Origin: Girardia tigrina | Taxonomy: Eukaryota | NCBI GenBank assembly: GCA_001938485.1 | Contig: MQRK01220489.1 | Location: forward strand, 8,755-59,416 | DNA length: 50,662 nucleotides | Direction of reading: 5' to 3' | In this document: positions 48,177 to 50,662 of the stretch, in pieces | How the letters are laid out: every line of letters begins with the position of its first letter | Position numbering within the stretch: position 1 is the stretch's first letter | Notes under the pieces: generated by a model | What the model was told of the DNA's origin: nothing | Databases searched by the model: none | What the model saw: only the letters and a program-made list of their open reading frames with translations | Translations under genes and position numbers: made by a program

Positions 48177-50662
48177 GTAAAATAGCAGATCTATCCACTG
48201 TTTCTTATATAAATAAAACTGCTATTTACCTGTAAAAATAATAAATTGAGGAACTACATTAACAAAAAAAGACTGCTTATTTTGATGAGCCTAGTTATTA
48301 ATTAATTAACCAAAATTATCAAATCCAATAAACTCTATTTTGCATAAGATCACAATTACGCAATAACTAACGAAATGTAATATAGAATAATCAAATAACT
48401 AATTAGTGAGAACTACTGTAAATATCAGATACCGAAAATTAGCGGACTAAAGTCGTTGACAGGAAAAATAACAGTCAAATATAATTGACCTATCATTACT
48501 TTTGTTGGCATAAAAAATATAAAAAAACTAAAAATAAACATAAAATTGCAAAACCACACAAAAATATTGATAAATCGTACAAAAAAAGACATAAATGAAT
48601 AAAAATATCACCATACTCTTGATTACATGATTCAGAAGATTATGAAAAAAGAATATGATATCAGATGAAACTATATATATATATATATATATTTGGTTAA
48701 TTTATTGGATGATGATATAGCAGTATTTTTTCAGTTATCTATGACATAGAAGATAACTTTGAAAAATTTATTGAAGAATGAAAAACGTTTTCCGAAACTT
48801 TCAATAGATTCAAATCCTTAATGAATGTTTATCAAATCTTTTGTTTGGAAAAATTTAAATTAAATTTATAAAAATATGAAGGGAAATGTCACTAAGTATT
48901 TTGGCAGTCTCAAAGTTGTCCTAGAGACTTTCCGATGGTAGCAGAATCATGGTGTTCACGGTGATGGGATTGTTTTTGAAATAATTAGTAGTTCATAGTC
49001 TTATTTTTTTATATGCGTTTTTTGAAAAGATTTTTCTCACGCAAAAATTATTTTCAACTCTGACACTCGAAGGATTGGTGTTGGATATTGTAATATTTTT
49101 ACCTGCCGAATTATTGCTTTCATTGCTAAGTTGACCGTGATTAATTGCTCCAAATTTATTATTTCGACGTGAAGCATAAGTGAGAACTAATCAACGATTT
49201 TCCATTTGTGTTCGATCAGACGAGACATGATTTATGTTTTTGAGTTTGAGCGATAAACCGATGAATTTGTTAGCGAGTGCTGCAACCTTTCAAGAAAAAA
49301 AACTCGGCATTTCTGTCCCGACCACACTTTGACACAAAAATATGCATGACGGCCACTGACATTCAACATTTGAATTATCCATGTGTTCTCCCACCCCGGA
49401 TGGATCGAAAAAATAGCTTATAATTATTATTTACATTTTTTACATATTTCATTTTTTTCAAAACTCCTTTGCATCACCAATTAAATAATTGTTGGGTATT
49501 CGAAAATATTTTTGTAATAACAAAATTCAAATTTTGTAATAATAATAATAAATAATAATTAATAAATTTAATTGTCTGACTCCTTTTCAAATGGTTCTTC
49601 CAACTTTGTAATGAATTTATTAATTCGATTAACCCTCTCTTGAGGTTTCAATCCAAATGAATCTCGTCGGAAATTAGTTTTCAGATATTAATAAGAGTAA
49701 TAAGTCAAAGGAATTCTGTTTTAAACACTATATTCAATTGAATCATAAAATTCTTCCGAATAATACAACGTATAAATAACTATGGATGATTCCCAAATAT
49801 TTTGTAAATCTTCTTCTATTAATGATTTTTTGAAATATATAACTTTTCTATTATTAAAAGTTTCGTTTTTATTACGTTTACTATTTTTTTGTGATAATTC
49901 TTTAAGTTTAGGGGTATTTATACCGGTTTTGAAAAAAATAAATAGTTTAAATAAAAATTTAAATTAGTTTAATTTTAAATTAGTTTAATATTAAAATAAA
50001 ATTTAACTTAAATAAAACATTTATTTAAAAATTTTCAAATTTTAATTAATATGTAAATTTGTTTTTCTGGGTTCAATTGCCATTTATTTAAATTTTCAAA
50101 TCCCATCAAAACTAATCCCAGTGTAATTGTTGAGGAATTAGAGCATAATTGCCCGTTTTTATTTTAACAAAATCTCTGGGCATAATTGCCCAATTCATTT
50201 TTTCAAATTTTTATTTTTCAAATGAGGTAAGACTTTTTATATTGTTGAATTTTTTATATTATATATTTTTTTATTTTTTTTATATATCATACAAATATAA
50301 TAATAATTTTAATAATAATATTAATTTAAATGATAATAAAATAATAATATAAAACTAATAATAATAATAATAATAAATTAATTATTTTCCAAGCCTTTAA
50401 CGGCATTTTCTAACCGACACAGGCGTGCCCCCTTAATGAACGGGCCCTTGTGAGGGAGGAAAAACCCGTTGAAAAGGAGCTAAATAAAAATAATAATAAT
50501 CTTAATAATAATGATTGTTTCATATTAATTTTAATAAAATATAATTGTTCGGTTTCGTTAAATTTAGAAATAAAAGTTAAAGGAAAATTTAAAGTTATTT
50601 TAAATTAAGTTAAAAGAAAATTTAAAGTTAATTTATTATTAAAGTTAAAAGAAAATTTAAAG

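Overview
AT-rich eukaryotic (most likely animal) genomic scaffold with five N gaps. One intact host gene can be assembled by hand: UAP1 (UDP-N-acetylglucosamine pyrophosphorylase) on the minus strand, 8 coding exons from 41186 down to 8423. All introns are GT-AG with matching phases, and the CDS is 1482 nt / 493 aa. Six introns are 2-12 kb and one is 51 nt. The introns and flanks are full of mostly decayed transposons: Gypsy-type LTR elements and solo LTRs, Penelope and RTE fragments, mariner/maT/pogo/Tigger/Tc4-5, hAT, a piggyBac MITE, foldback MITEs and HINE/DINE-1-like repeats. A roughly 280-bp 28S rRNA fragment sits in intron 4. No prokaryotic-type system (CRISPR, operon) is evident. The most interesting unexplained structures are: a two-copy, TIR-less, poly(A)-less element family with exact 10-bp target-site duplications and a conserved hairpin-rich end (one copy carries a C2H2 zinc finger); a diverged solo-LTR family, antisense in four UAP1 introns; a Tc4/Tc5-like element built from two inverted right ends; and a 2-kb short-LTR deleted retrotransposon just upstream of the UAP1 start codon. 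All calls were read by eye, and no database search was run.
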